Positions 11,301 to 24,700 are shown, counted from the first letter of the stretch. The stretch: 64,000 nt of DNA from Saccostrea cucullata (GCF_032062105.1 NW_026933337.1:186001-250000), one strand, 5' to 3'. Notes: generated from the sequence alone by a model not told the origin. Program-made: numbers and translations.

Positions 11301-14300
11301 TTAAAAAATGCTACAAGCAATAACCAATCAATAAATCTCCACTTTTAATTTGCATACTCATACATTTGGACCACAGTCCAAAACATTACAAAAGTTAAAT
11401 CCCTGGTATTTAAGAAATTACTTTGCTGATTTGTGTCCTTATCTGGCTTCTTAAGAGAATTCACCTTCATTTTACATCATTTATTTTTTTTCTCTCTAAA
11501 TCTCCCTATCTATGTAGTAACTACACAAAATAACTGGGGTCTAATTTAGAGATTTTGTTAGGTGATTTTAACATTCCAAAGGCTATAACTCCACAGGTAG
11601 TCTTATTTATGGCGGGGAGGTGAGAAGTGGTTCTTTTTTACACTGCTTCTGTAGGGTTGCTCAGAACTTGCATCAAAACATAGATTAAGGGTCTAACTAC
11701 TGATTGACAAATAGCAGAGTATCGTGGATAAAGTTGATTATGTGATTTGTGGTTATTGAACTTCACACAAGTAGATCCTGAGAACTATGCAGAGTATTAC
11801 GTGACATCGGGTCTCTCCTGCAAGTTGGTTAGATAAGCTTTAAGAAGAAACATGGTACTCAGGAGTACAACATTGGTTGCGTAGGCCAAATTTCTGGAAT
11901 TCCTGTCAAATTTCGGGTCTTTCTAAGGTTATTCTCTTGGACTATCTGAAACCTGTTTGGGGCTATTGACGTCTTTGATGGCAATTTACAGCATAATGCT
12001 TCTAAATGGTGATTACATAACGCTCTGTTTGATCCCGTTTTATCAAATTTCTTCAAAATGAATAACAACTTTGATAAATGACTGAGGGGTGAAAAATGTG
12101 CAGTATCGATTTTGCTGTTTATTGCTTTTTAAAAGGCCAAGTGTTGTCAATTTTAAATTAGGTAGAAAACCCATGGACTCATTTTTGGCCACACAACAAA
12201 ATTGTAGGGAATCAATTTAAGAAATTTATAACTAGACTAATGTTTATGAAATATACATGGCCTTGTTAAAATGATAATGAAAATGATTAGATCCTGTCTA
12301 AATGACCTTGGATAATGGCCATAATACATTCCAAGATCACCAGTTCCTTCATCTATGCTAAGTATGATTAGACTTTTATCTGTTTCAGTGTTTGCATCAG
12401 AAAGTAATAGACTGGACATGAAATCTACACTTCTAATCTCTGTGACCCTTTTAAAACTATATTAGATATAGGATCTTGTCACATCTTCTCTCATTATATG
12501 CTAATTTTGTGCTAAGTTTGAAGACCTAGATTCCATTACTTTTATATCAAAAGATAAGAGAAAATTTTTAATTTCTAAAGAGATAAAGAGATGGACCAAG
12601 TCAAATCAATACATGTACATGTATTTAGTAGTATAGAAATGTTCAACATAAATATTTTGCAGAATATACAGTTCAAATTTTGCCTTTTAATTTAAATCAA
12701 ATTATAAATGTGTATGTAGAAGTACTTGTATTTTTAAAATCCACAGTTTTATTTATATAATCTATTACAAATACATGAACATGTATTTATTAAATTTGAA
12801 TTTTTATGCTTCTTTCGTCTAATTCTGCTTTACCAATCAGCTTTAAGATCAGCCAATAACTTAAACCAATTAAAATTCAATTCAAAGCAAAGCAAAGAGA
12901 AATGCCTTTCTTCTGTTGCTTAATTGTGAAAGTCTCGGTCTTCATCTTTCATCATTTTCTGAATACTTAGCTGATTACCTCTGATGTACATTATAAAGAT
13001 AAACCCCTTGATATGGCTTTCATGTGAAACTTTTACAATGCATGTATAAAGGAAATATGTACATGTATAAAAAACATTCAAAGTGCTGTCAAGTGAGATT
13101 TGCAGATTTAACTGATTTTTCACAACCTCTTACAATTGTATTATCAAGCAAGAATGCACCTAAATTTTAAATTACTTATGTAAATCACTTAATTTTCATG
13201 AGATTTAATACTCAAGAGACTGTATTTTAATGGTATTGATAAGCAAGCAATTTTTTTTTACAAGATATTGGTTATTGTATAAAGTTTTTAAAAAAATTTC
13301 AAGAGCAGATTTTTTTCTTCCATTAAAGAGAAATCAGGAAATTTAATAACCAATATCTTGTAAAAAAAAAAATGGTTACAGTGAAAATTTACATGTTAGA
13401 ATGGATTTTTTTGGGGGGGGGATTTTTGGAGCAGATGATTTTTCATAAATATGTGAAAAAAACAAGGAGATTAACAGTACCACATAGGCCTATGACAAAG
13501 ACTAAGTACTACCCAGCAAGGATCCCCTCACAAAATTCAAGTTTATAATCATTAATACATCTCTTTAACACATGGCTCAGGGCATACTTGATTTGAAAGG
13601 AAAAGAAAGGTAACTCCTGTAAGTTTTCAAAATCTATGAAATTCAGAAATACGTATGAAGGAAATGTAGATTTAAATACATCTTTGGTATTCCTTCAAAC
13701 GATTTCTATCTCTTTTTAGGTCACCTGAGTTTACTATCCGTTTTTGTCCTTTATCATTACATGTAATTGTCCTTTGTGCTCCATGTGCAAGCATGGAAAC
13801 ATTTTCAGTTTCATCTCTAAAACCACTGAACACACTTTCAAATAATTTTGGCATATAGCATCTATGGGTGAGAAATTGTGAATATCATGGCACTTGTCCC
13901 CCTGGGGCCTGAGAGGTGGGGCTAAAACCATCAAAATTAATGCAATCTTTAAAAATCTTCTTCTTTATTCCTGGACATCAAGCAGTTCAACTACTGTAAA
14001 TTCCTATTAAATTAAATGCGAGGAATTTATTATCGCGTAATTCGGCGAGAAGCATCACTTGCGAAATAAAATTTCTTGCTTTTATTTTTATGGTGCTGAA
14101 ATCCATGTAAATTAATTCTCTTTATGAATCGCCCTTTCGCTAATAAATATTCTCGCGATTTGTTGTTAAAGAGCCATATCACGATAATAAGTGCTCGCGA
14201 AAAATAAGGAATCTACAGTATTGGCATGGATGTAATCAGCACTGAGCCAGTTCTACTAAAATTGTGAAATTCATGGTTCCAGGGTCAGGTGTTCTGGTGT

Positions 14301-17300
14301 TAGGGCAAGGCTCTAAAGATTATATTGTGAATATGCATGAATTCTTTGAAAATCTTCTCCTCTGCTCCTGGGTAATAAACCAATGAACTTTGTACATAAT
14401 TTTGATGGGGAAGAGTGCCTTTTCCAAAACTGTGAATACCTTAGTCCCTCGGTCAGGGGTTCTGGTGTTAGGACAGGGCTCTATAATGATTTATATATTG
14501 TGAAAATACATGAATTCTTTGAAATCCTTTCCTCTGCATCTGGGTATAATAATTATTTATCTAAATTCATAGTTATGATGAGCAAGGATCTTTCTTACAG
14601 AATTGTGAATTTCAATGTATCTGTGTCAGGGTACCAGGGAGGGGAGGGGTGGCTCTAATAATATTCATGTAATATGTACTGAAAATGAATTTAATTAATG
14701 ATTTAAAGCTGCTCCTTTTCTAAAATGAAATATGTGGATCCAGGGTCAGGGGTTCCTGTGGGATGGGGGCACTACTGATTATTGCTTGATTAATGCATTT
14801 TTTTCTTTGTTCCCCTACTCCATCTCTGGGTATTTAGTAACTGAACTTAAAGCATGCCAATTAAGTTTATATAGTTATTATAACTATATCAACTTAATTG
14901 GCATGCTTTAAGTTCAACTTATGATGAGCAATGGTGCCTTTTTCAAAATTGTGAATTTCATGGCCTTTGGTTTAAAACATGCACCAAACTTAATTGTTGG
15001 AAAGTTGTAACATGATACTCTGGTGACCTTTACAGTCTGTGCGCTTCTTTTTTTATTACTTTTTTTTATCAATAAAGAATTTATCTCATTTAAATAACAT
15101 TATAGCCATCTAATTCAAATGAACTAGATTATCTTTTGATCTCTGCTTGACCAATTTATAAACTTACCTATTTAGGTGACTAAATCTTGCTCTCCAGTTG
15201 TTAGCCCTACTGACTTGTCCTGTTTTTTCATCCAATTCCATGCCATAGAAGTCCAGCATCATTTTGTACGATTTCAGCACCCGATCAAAAGCCACAGGGT
15301 CATCCATTATTGCCTGCACAGGTAAAACATAATGCAATTTAAAATATAATTTTTTTTATACATCTCAAAAAAAAATAAATTGTATTTCTCTAAGTGCAGA
15401 GATATATATTTTTGCATGCTGATATTTTCAGCACTATAACAGAAATTCTAATCTTTTATACGAACATTAATTTCACACTGTTGTAGTTCTTGTGCATGGA
15501 AATTCATCCCAGTTTCTCTGATTGGAAACAACCTGTTAGGAGAAAAAAAATCAAAATGGTTATTTTTCAGTCCTCTGTGTTAATTTCACATAATGTGAGT
15601 ATGAAATGCCTTCAAGTAGTAGGTTAATATATCTGAGTAGTTACAATGAAAATGCACACAGATAAGGTTGCATGATTTTAACAACTGATCTTTTCTATGA
15701 TAAGACGGATTTGATGTGTCTAAACAGGGCTGGGCAAAAATATTGATATTTCGGTATATTGCAATACAATGACAAAGAAATATCAAATTGCCATTTGTTT
15801 TTGGAATACTGATATACACCCACAAAGTGCTTGGAAGCAGGAATACTATCATTTGATTAAATTTTAAGAAAAGTTGTCTGAAAGGTTTTTGATTGAGCCA
15901 AACAGTAAGACAGAAGCTGTTATGTGGGTGTATTTCAATGTATAACTGTAATTAAATCAACATGATTTTTCCATTTAGTAACTTATCATGTACATTATGC
16001 ATGTAAATTGATTTTTTTAATAATATAATTTTTGGATATGAACTACTATAAAACCAAATTAAAAATGTCATAGCTAGGTCAAAAAATGCCCTTTTAATTA
16101 TGTTAAAAGTATTACAATACATATCGCAATACAGTTAAAAATATTGCAATACGAAATCTCTAAGCAATACCCAGCCCTTTGTCTAAATATCCGCTAACTT
16201 GAATTGTTTGTATATATCAAAATTAACTTACCATTGTACATAACCATGATGCCTTTCAAGTCTCTCATAATCTCCCCACCATTTTTTGTGAATATTATCT
16301 ATGAAGTCTCCTGCAAGGCAAGCAAACACATTTTACAATAGCACATCATGTATATCAGTGAAAAGCAACCCTGTCATTACTGTGAAATGTAGAAACCATG
16401 CACATTTAAGTGGCATCACACTCTGAATGAAATTAGACAAAATTAAAGAAATAAAAATTGGAAATCTTCCTTTGAGGGAATAAATAAAAAAAATTAATCC
16501 AAAAATTATATGAGATAGAGCAATTATTAACATGCCTAAAGAAAGTACAGGTGAGGTATAATATGGTTAGGAGAATGAAAAGAAGAACAAACATTTAACA
16601 TCAACTTAGATAAAAGCAAACACTGAGAAACTCATGGCCTCTCTTAAAAAGGTGAAATTATAAGCCTGTCATAATCATACAATATAAAAACATGACTGTA
16701 TGTTTCCACTGTATTAATTCAACCTTTTGAAAAGGCATTTTTCTAGGTCCACAATTAGGGATATAAATTGCTGCCAAGAAGAAAAAAAGTTATTGTTGTG
16801 AGCTTTATGGCACTTATAGCTTCTGTTTTAATTATCATTCACTGACATTCACTGATTCAGTTGCACAGTCAAATTATATCGACTGGTCAATATTGTACAG
16901 TACATTTTGTGGCAATGCTCACTCATGTCCAGATTAGGAGTGGCCTTGCCTCTCTTTATATTCTGTCCTAGTTCTACCAAATATTACATGTAATGGCCAT
17001 ACTTTACCATCTGGGTAAGATTTCAATTCATTCTTGTAGAACTTCATGTTGTCATTCAATCTTGGATTATCCCTTTTACCCTGAAAGTTGAACAAATACA
17101 TGTTCATAGATGTTCAGCAAGCACACATAAAATATGCATCAGAATTATGATTTATGATTGCTTAATCAAACAGTGTGCTGTCAAAAAACCCTTCCCTTGC
17201 ATGTCATTCAATAATGTATTAAATTTATTACTTGACAATTATTTTATAATTCAAAAACTTTGAATTTTAGTATAATATTCCATCATTTACTTGTATTTCT

Positions 17301-18505
17301 GAATAGCTGAATCATGCAAAAGCACCAAGTCCCAGTTGGAAACAGACATTTTACCAACAAAATTTAAGGTTATACATCATCAACATGTTCAAGTATTTGT
17401 TACCTTAGATTCATAAGTATGTTTATTTAATCCTTTTCTTTGTTTATTTTAATTGCTACTTTAAAAAATACTCTAAAATTTGAAACTTTATCTATTGAAA
17501 ATTTTCTCTTTTGGGGGTGTGTGTTTGTTATAATTTAATTGTTTTAAAAGTAATTACCTAAGAAAATAACCTCCAAATATGTAGACTCAGTTAAAAAAAT
17601 CTAAAATTTGAAAAAGCTTGGCAAAATTTTCTCTCTTCCAGGTGTGTGTTTGTTACCCTCAATTTAATATGTTTTAAAAGTAATTACCTAAAAAAAAAAA
17701 CCCCCGCTTTTATATTGTGACTTGTGCGGGGTAAAAAAATATAAAAGCGGGGGTTAGAGTCAGAGGAATCTCGGATTACCAAATATGCTCTTTTTTTAGG
17801 CAATATATGTACGCACGTGTAACCATTTACTCACAGATGTTTCCTTTCCAAAAAAAAAATATCAAAATTTAACTTACAGGGTATCCTTTTCTGTACTGTT
17901 CCAAATCATTCCTGCGGTAACTTGTAAAATAAGATGATTCATCATCAAGAACGCTTTTCTTCTTTTTCATCTGCAGTGACATGATTGGTAAAATTGTAGC
18001 TCAAATTATGGTTCTTGAAAAACACCAGTACACTGAGAAAATATCATTATTAAATACTTCAATGTTTACTACTAGGTAATTGAAAAAGGGTATTGGACAC
18101 TATAAATTGTCTTGCATTAGTATGGTCATATAAAACAAATAAACAATATTGCCAAAGGGGGTGTCAGATATTGAATGATCAACACGTAAATATTCTAACC
18201 AAATGAAAAGCATTTGATTTAGGATAAAAATTACGATTTTCTTTCAACTTTCTTTTTATCTTAATGGAAATGGCTGAACGTGTCCCTATTTCTAAAACCT
18301 CATTATCTGATTAGTGATCTTCATATCAGATCAGCAAAATGGCTATAATCAGCCACTGACAGAGTGTCATTGATAGCAGAAAAAAACATACTTTGGGCTT
18401 TTTGTCAGATTTGTTCCCTGAAAAAAAGTTCCCCATTTTTGTTTGCTTCAAAGAATCATTTTTGTCTGAATTTATGGAGGATGATTTTCCATCGCTTTTG
18501 GGCAT
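5331..18505 (-). CDS. OGFRL1: Opioid growth factor receptor-like protein (OGFr_N domain), 7 exons, 399 aa
   Basis: Exons 18505-18392, 17970-17878, 17080-17008, 16310-16232, 15532-15466, 15313-15168, 5958-5331; all GT-AG, phases consistent, 1200 nt in total. OGFr-family motifs: DLEQYRKGYP, NMKFYKNE, WGDYERLERHHGYVQWLFPIRE.GMN, SYKMMLDFYG, NWRARFSHLNRSYHNYLRITRILK. OGFR versus OGFRL1 orthology is not resolved. Confidence 0.92.
6422..6755. mobile_element. GC-rich MITE with an internal 84-bp tandem duplication
   Basis: Termini CAGGCGCGGATCC / AAATCCGCCACTG; possible 5-bp TSD TGCAT/CGCAT; direct repeat 6503-6586 / 6587-6670. Confidence 0.75.
7312..7409. mobile_element. Small foldback/MITE
   Basis: CCAGGGCATCAACGATGGTTGGAAA pairs imperfectly with TTTCCAACTAACGTTGATGTCCCTGG. 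Confidence 0.55.
13251..13371. repeat. Inverted repeat
   Basis: TTTTTTTTTACAAGATATTGGTTATT (13251-13276) and its reverse complement AATAACCAATATCTTGTAAAAAAAAA (13345-13370). Confidence 0.7.
13994..14218. mobile_element. TA-TSD MITE nested in the HINE
   Basis: TA|CTGTAAATTCCT ... AGGAATCTACAG|TA, with internal TCGCGA motifs. Confidence 0.75.
14842..14916. repeat. Near-perfect 75-bp palindrome
   Basis: TGAACTTAAAGCATGCCAATTAAGTT-t-ATATAGTTAT-t-ATAACTATAT-c-AACTTAATTGGCATGCTTTAAGTTCA; one mismatched pair and a 1-nt centre. Confidence 0.9.
15725..16179. mobile_element. Non-autonomous hAT-like transposon in OGFR-like intron 4
   Basis: TIR CAGGGCTGGG / CCCAGCCCTT; perfect 8-bp TSD TGTCTAAA (15717-15724, 16180-16187); subterminal GCAATA repeats. 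Confidence 0.85.
17472..17702. repeat. Imperfect tandem duplication, about 130 bp x 2
   Basis: CTAAAATTTGAAA..AAAATTTTCTCT..GGTGTGTGTTTGTTA..GTTTTAAAAGTAATTACCTAA occurs twice. Confidence 0.7.
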
Positions 18506-18790
18506 TTTTCCGCTTTCGGTTTCAACCGGAAGTGTGACATACAATAAGTAACCAATGTAAACAAAAGTGATAACCAAGAATATTTAGGAACAGACCAAGA
18601 TTTTTTTTTTACAGAATATTTTCCCCAATATTTTGCACATTTTAAGAAAATATTAAGACAAATATTTTTGTGCGAAAATAAATGACATCTAGCTTTGTAC
18701 AAATGGCTGCCTCCATCATCATGTGAAAATCATTTGGACTGTTCATCCCTTTTAGGCTTAATTTGCTGATTATAGCACATTCAGATTAAG
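18506..18790. promoter_or_regulatory. Putative bidirectional promoter shared by the OGFR-like gene and ABCB8
   Basis: 285 bp between divergent ATGs. ETS/GABP site ACCGGAAGTG 18525-18534, CCAAT 18552-18556, forkhead-like TGTAAACA 18556-18563, YY1-like CAAATGGCTGCC 18700-18711. Confidence 0.7.
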
Positions 18791-21700
18791 ATGACATTGC
18801 TTTACTTATTCAGAAATTCTTGTGTTTTGAGGTAATATTTGCTAGAAACATATCAATACATTTAAAAGTTATAAATCGCAAGTTTTTGAAGGTTGTTCAG
18901 AACGTTATAGTTCGAATTTCCTCGCATGTAATTTACATTGTTGTTTTAGGGAAAGGATACAATGGGACGGACCGGTATCAGACAGAACAAAGTTGTACTG
19001 TCATTGCTTTGAAACTCAAGGCCTCAAAAAAATCTTTCTCTCTTTTTCATCAACAGAAAAATTAAAAATTATTCATGGAGCTTTGAAGACGGACAGCACC
19101 TGACAGAAAATTCAGGCATAGGCGCTTGGTTTCAGGATGGTGTATTTTGTATGTGTTATGTTTTTTTTCAAGGTGTGTCTAAATACCCTCATTTTTTAAA
19201 ATAAAAAAGTGAAAAATCAAACATCTGCCGATTTGAAATTAGCACGTTTAAAAATGTCATAATTAAAGAGAAAAGGAGCGCCAGAGGCTTCCCGAAGTAG
19301 AATTACCCAGAAAATCTAGAGAGAACAAGTTTGGCACGGTTTCTGACCTCTCTAGATTTTCTGTGTAATTTTGAGACGCCTCTACATTTTTCATCATCAG
19401 AAATCGGCACTTCCATTGCTTTTGATTGATCATTTTTGCAGCTAGATTTCACCTGACACCAGTAGGAGATTTAAATCAAGTGTGAACAGAGGCATCCCCC
19501 TCAAATTCAAGATGGCGAGTGGTGCTCCTCTACTCTTTTTATATACAGTAAATATGACATTTTTTAAACAAGCTAATTTTGGCGAATTTTTATTTTAATG
19601 AGAGTATTAATACACACAATTAGAAAAAAACTTGATACACAAAATGTAACATTTTGAAACCAAGTGCCTATGATTCAGGGAGTGGGGTTGGATTTGAATC
19701 CTTGTCTGGTCCATTGCCTTTTTATCCTCTCCTGTCATTTCCTTAGTAGTATCTAGATGTACAAATTGTAATGAAAAGTGAAAAAAAAAATTTGGATACC
19801 AAGATTAACACATTAGTTCTCCGTTCAGAGATTTGCTCTACAAGCTAATTGACAAATATGAAAGTGTTTCATACTTGTACTGAGTTCATTAAGAATATAC
19901 TGATATATGTTTCATATGCCTCTCTATTGTATATAGGAGGGGTTATCAAAAAGTTTGTGAACTAGCGCCATAAAATTAAAACCGCTTTAGTTACATCAGT
20001 GAATTTTAAAATGTCTATTCGGCATCAACTTTTCTATCTAAAGAATAAACCATGAATCATAAATTTTAATTTTCAATAGATTAGTAATGTTTTTGTAAGC
20101 AATGGTATGTCCAGTCGGCGCAACCTCCAACACGACGTTTTTGCAACGTGTGACTGAGAAAAACTCTTTTGATATGATCATTTGACATCCAAGTATCCCA
20201 TTATTTCAGGTGTGTGTTGGGACACGATTGTTCCATAAGATATGAAATTTTTACTTCATTCTGGAAGTTCTATGAAATTTTATCGTAAATTTTACATGAA
20301 GTGTCCAAACAAATAAGGCCTTGAAAATGACGTCAAAAAGGGGAGGGGTTTCCTTTTCCAACATTGTATAAGGTTTTGCCCCTGAAAAAAACTGGTATAG
20401 ACCTAAGAAATATAAAACTGGCTACAAAGAAATAATATGCAATCAGAGCACTTGTCGTTTAATGTCAAAATAGATTCGGAGAGAAAAGGAATGTACAATT
20501 AATGTCGATTTGTAATCAAGGTATGAACAAATCAATCACGTCAAAAATTTGAACTCCCAAAAGCAAAATAATTATGCTGGCACAATCAAGCGAGGATCTC
20601 TCCGAATGTACATTATTATCCATTTGGAGTATTATATTCATTGAAAGCCGCTGTTCATGACATTGTAAAATCATATAAGCAAGGTGGGTTTTTGTTTTTA
20701 CTCAGCTCCAGGGAATATCATCAAAATAAGTGTATGAAGTAGAAGAAGCGGACATTGAAAAACAATGACGTAGTCGGACGTCATGAAACTAAACGGCGAC
20801 AGTGCAGGATGATCATATAATGTCGTTTTTATTTTATAATAATTTGGCAAATAATGAACGTATCAAGCTAAAATTTTCAACATTTCTTTATTTTTTGTTG
20901 TTATATGTTCCATAAAAAATTTAAAGGCACAGTCTACATAGTTCCAATTTTATAGCTTCAGTCCACGAACTTTTTGATAACCCCTTGTATATTTAGTCAG
21001 TGACAAGTTTTGTTTCCATCACAATCGAAATCAACAACTGATGTCAACAGTATACAAGAAATATTTCCTATACTGCAATTGGATATTGAAAGGTCGCAAT
21101 AAAGTTCATCATCCGACTATGCTTTACTCGCATTGGTCAATATTTTAATGAGCTACAAAGAATTCTCTCCTCGTTCAACCATGGCCAGATGGGAGAGGAG
21201 CATAAATTTTGGCCGTGGTTTGCGACGATGACTAGTTTATGATTGCACTAATCTTTAAAGAGAATGGTCAATTTTGATTTTCTACTTTATGTTTTTATAG
21301 GTTTACAGGAATTTATATGAAAATTGGTAAATTTAAAATTTAGAAGTCTTATAATTAAAAATGCATAAAAATGCTTTTAATGTTGCCTAACAGAAAGTGA
21401 ATATTAAATTTTAATTTTATTTCTTTCCTAGATTATTTTTTCATTTTCTTAATTTTTTTTTTACTTTTTCATTTAGATTTGCTCACTGCACTCCACAGTC
21501 TACTTTAAAAATTCCACAAAAATGGACCTACACAGGGAAGTCTTTCCTGAAGAACTTAAAATGGAACTTCTCCTCCACACACAGAAAGCCTTTATTAGGA
21601 ATTAAAAAGTATGTTTTATCACTACCTCTAGGATATGGTTTCGTGACACTAAAATTTAAACCTCAAACTGTTGAATGTGCACCTAAAGTCAAACATTCTC

Positions 21701-24700
21701 GTCTTGTGGAGAAAAATGACAGTGTGGGACCTGATGCCAAGTTTGACTGGAAACAGTTCTTCCAGATGTTATACCCAGAGATATGGTATCTACTGGCAGC
21801 AGTCATTGTAAGTTGTCTTTTTTCAAACTTCTTTGAAGATTCACATTTTTCTGTTATATATATAGAGATGTTCAAATATGAAAACATCATACTTTGGTAG
21901 GCTGCCGTATCCGCTGCCCTTGTCAACATTAAAATTCCCCTGCTGCTCGGTGATGTTGTCAATGTGGTGTCCAACATGACAAGAGAAGCGAGAGATGCTG
22001 GGGGAGATTTCATCAGTAACCTCAAAATTCCAGCCATTAAACTTATGATGTTTTATGGTGTACAGGTAAGGGCCATTTACAGGTACATGTATTTCATCTT
22101 TATAGCTGTGTCATGAAAAAGAACACAGTCAGGTTAAATATCAAGAGTTATTGCTCATGAGTTGTCTATGGCATTTGAATAGCTTTACTTGACAGTAAAA
22201 TACTTTTGTGTAGTTAGAAAAATGTCTAATGTGCATAGTACCCAAGAGCAAAAAGCCTGTTTTTAGAGACACTTGTGGAGCACACATTATTTGGCTTAGC
22301 GGTCAAAGGTTTGAGCAATAACCCAGAGGTTGCTAGTTCAAATATCACTGTGAGAACTTAATTTAATGATATTAATGTTTTTGTTGAAAAGTAAATTTTT
22401 CATTCATAATTTTTTAGGGCCTATTAACATTTACTTACATCTCCTTGTTATCGACTGTTGGTGAGAATGTCGCCGCTCGGATGAGGAGGAGACTGTTTGA
22501 CTCTCTGCTACGTCAAGATGTAGAGTTCTTTGATACACACAAAACCGGAGAGCTGGTAGATAGGTCAGGTGAAAGATAATTTTAAAATCAATTAGGGAAT
22601 ATTGAATTTTTTACAGGTTATCAACGCATTCTCTATTTATACATTACATCATACATGCACACTTGCCTTTATTAATGTGCATAATAAATGAAGCTCTGCC
22701 AATTGAAAAAAAAAAGATGTCACTGCATTTGTGCTATTGATTTCATTTGCTTGATTTTGATTTTAACTTATGTTTTTTAAAGGATTTCAAGTTTAAGTTT
22801 TCAAGTTTAAGTTTAAGTAAACTTGAAAAAAAAAAAAAGGATTTCAATCACTTTTACTCTCTTCAATAGATTACATAATTTAATAGAGTGTTAATTGTTT
22901 CATTACAGATTAACTTCTGACATTCAAGATTTTAAAAGTTCCTTCAAACTTTGTATTTCTCAGGGATTGCGAGCTTTTACACAGGTTAGTTCTACTGGAA
23001 TTTTAGTTGACCCAGTGGTCGTTATCCATGTACATGTATGTGGTATCTAAACATCTAAGTACAGTGTGTGTAATATATGATACAGTAATGTGCTGCTTCA
23101 TTTCAGACAATAGGTTTCATGTGTGCAGATGTACATTGTGTGTGATACTCCCTTTGTTATTTTATGATACAGTAATATATGTTTTATTTCAGACAATAGG
23201 CTGTGTGTGTACATTGTATATGATATCCCCCAAACTGACCATTCTGATGGTAACCGTGATTCCTGCCATCATTGGGGTGGGGACGGTGATGGGGTCAGGG
23301 TTAAGGGCCCTGTCCAAAGCTGCCCAGGATCAGGTTAGTGCATAGAAATTCACTCTAATAGAAAAGTAGTGAAATCTTAATAATGGAACAAGGCTGTGTT
23401 CCACCCTTTGTATGATTACATGTATATGATATTTGGCTGATTTGTTCCAATTATAAACTTCTTGGTGAACTTATTAATGTTTTTATTTCATCCTTGTAGA
23501 TATATTGTGTACATGGTGATAAATAAAAAAAATAAAACAAAATATATATACATGCTCAATTAACATGTACTCATGTACAATGTTGTCCCTAAGAATTGAA
23601 ATAGAAGGGGACATTTGGAAAGTAGGGGGTTCCTCTCCTAATTGGGAGTATAGGAGGAGTACCAAAATAACCAGGGTATTGCATCTTTAAAGGAAGGAAA
23701 ATCCCCCACTCTACCTGCTGATTTAATTGTCTCCAAATTCAAAAAGAGATGAATTTGACAGAGTTATCTTTCTTTTAATACAGGTTATATGCACAAATTC
23801 TTAAAAAAAAAAAAACCCATTCAAAGTGTTTTGAAGTGTGATGGGCAAACATAAACCTTAATGAGTACTTTCATACAAATTGATCTGTAAGGTTGTTCTT
23901 GTACTAACAGTACATGTCTGATTTGCTCCATTCTCTGTAGGTGGCCAGAAGCACGGCTGTTGCTGATGAGGCTCTAGGTAATGTCAGGACTGTCAGAGCT
24001 TTTGCCATGGAAACAAAGGAAAATGAGTAAGTCTTACAGGAGTTCAGTTGATACAATCAAGAAAAAAAAGAATGACTGAAAATTGACTGTAGAAGGATGG
24101 AGGACTATATGTGTATAGTCTTTTACATCCACTTTACTCTCTTGACACATTATGAATTTTATCATAAAAAAATAAATTCTGTTTAATACTTTATTTGAAT
24201 TTAAAAAAAATGACTATTAGTTTTAAATGAATGCATCTTTGATTTAATATTGCACATTCGTTGATCATTCCAGGTTATTCAGTCAGCAAGTGGAGTTGTC
24301 AAGGAGAATGAATATTAATTTAGGTTTTGGAATTGGAGCATTTCAGGGTCTAGCCAACATAGCTCTAAATGGTTAGTAGTTTTATTCCCATTTACTTCAG
24401 TTAGATTAAAGATCACGTTAGATTCTCTCTTCTATCCAAGCTTATTTTTTGCCCTATATGCCTTTCAAGATTCATAGACAAAACATTATAGTATTTTACA
24501 AGTACACTGTAATTTACAAATTCATAAAGAGTTTTCAACAAGCACTGAATCGACTTGATAAATTACAATTCCTGCTTTGTTTTGTAGGCATTGTGTTAGG
24601 AACTCTCTTTGCTGGAGGAAGCCTAATGTCGGGAGGGCAGATAACTGCTGGGGATCTCATGTCCTTCTTAGTGGCCTCTCAGACCATTGAAAGGTACAGA

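Larger units (their letters stand above)
13714..15050 (+). mobile_element. Helentron-associated non-autonomous element (HINE-like) with internal tandem units
   Basis: Starts TTTTTAGGTCACCTGAG, subterminal inverse GGTGACC near 15022, ends in a T tract; repeated internal AAATTGTGAA..CAGGG(G/T)TCAGG..TGAAAATCTTC units. Same family as 30420-31974. Confidence 0.7.
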
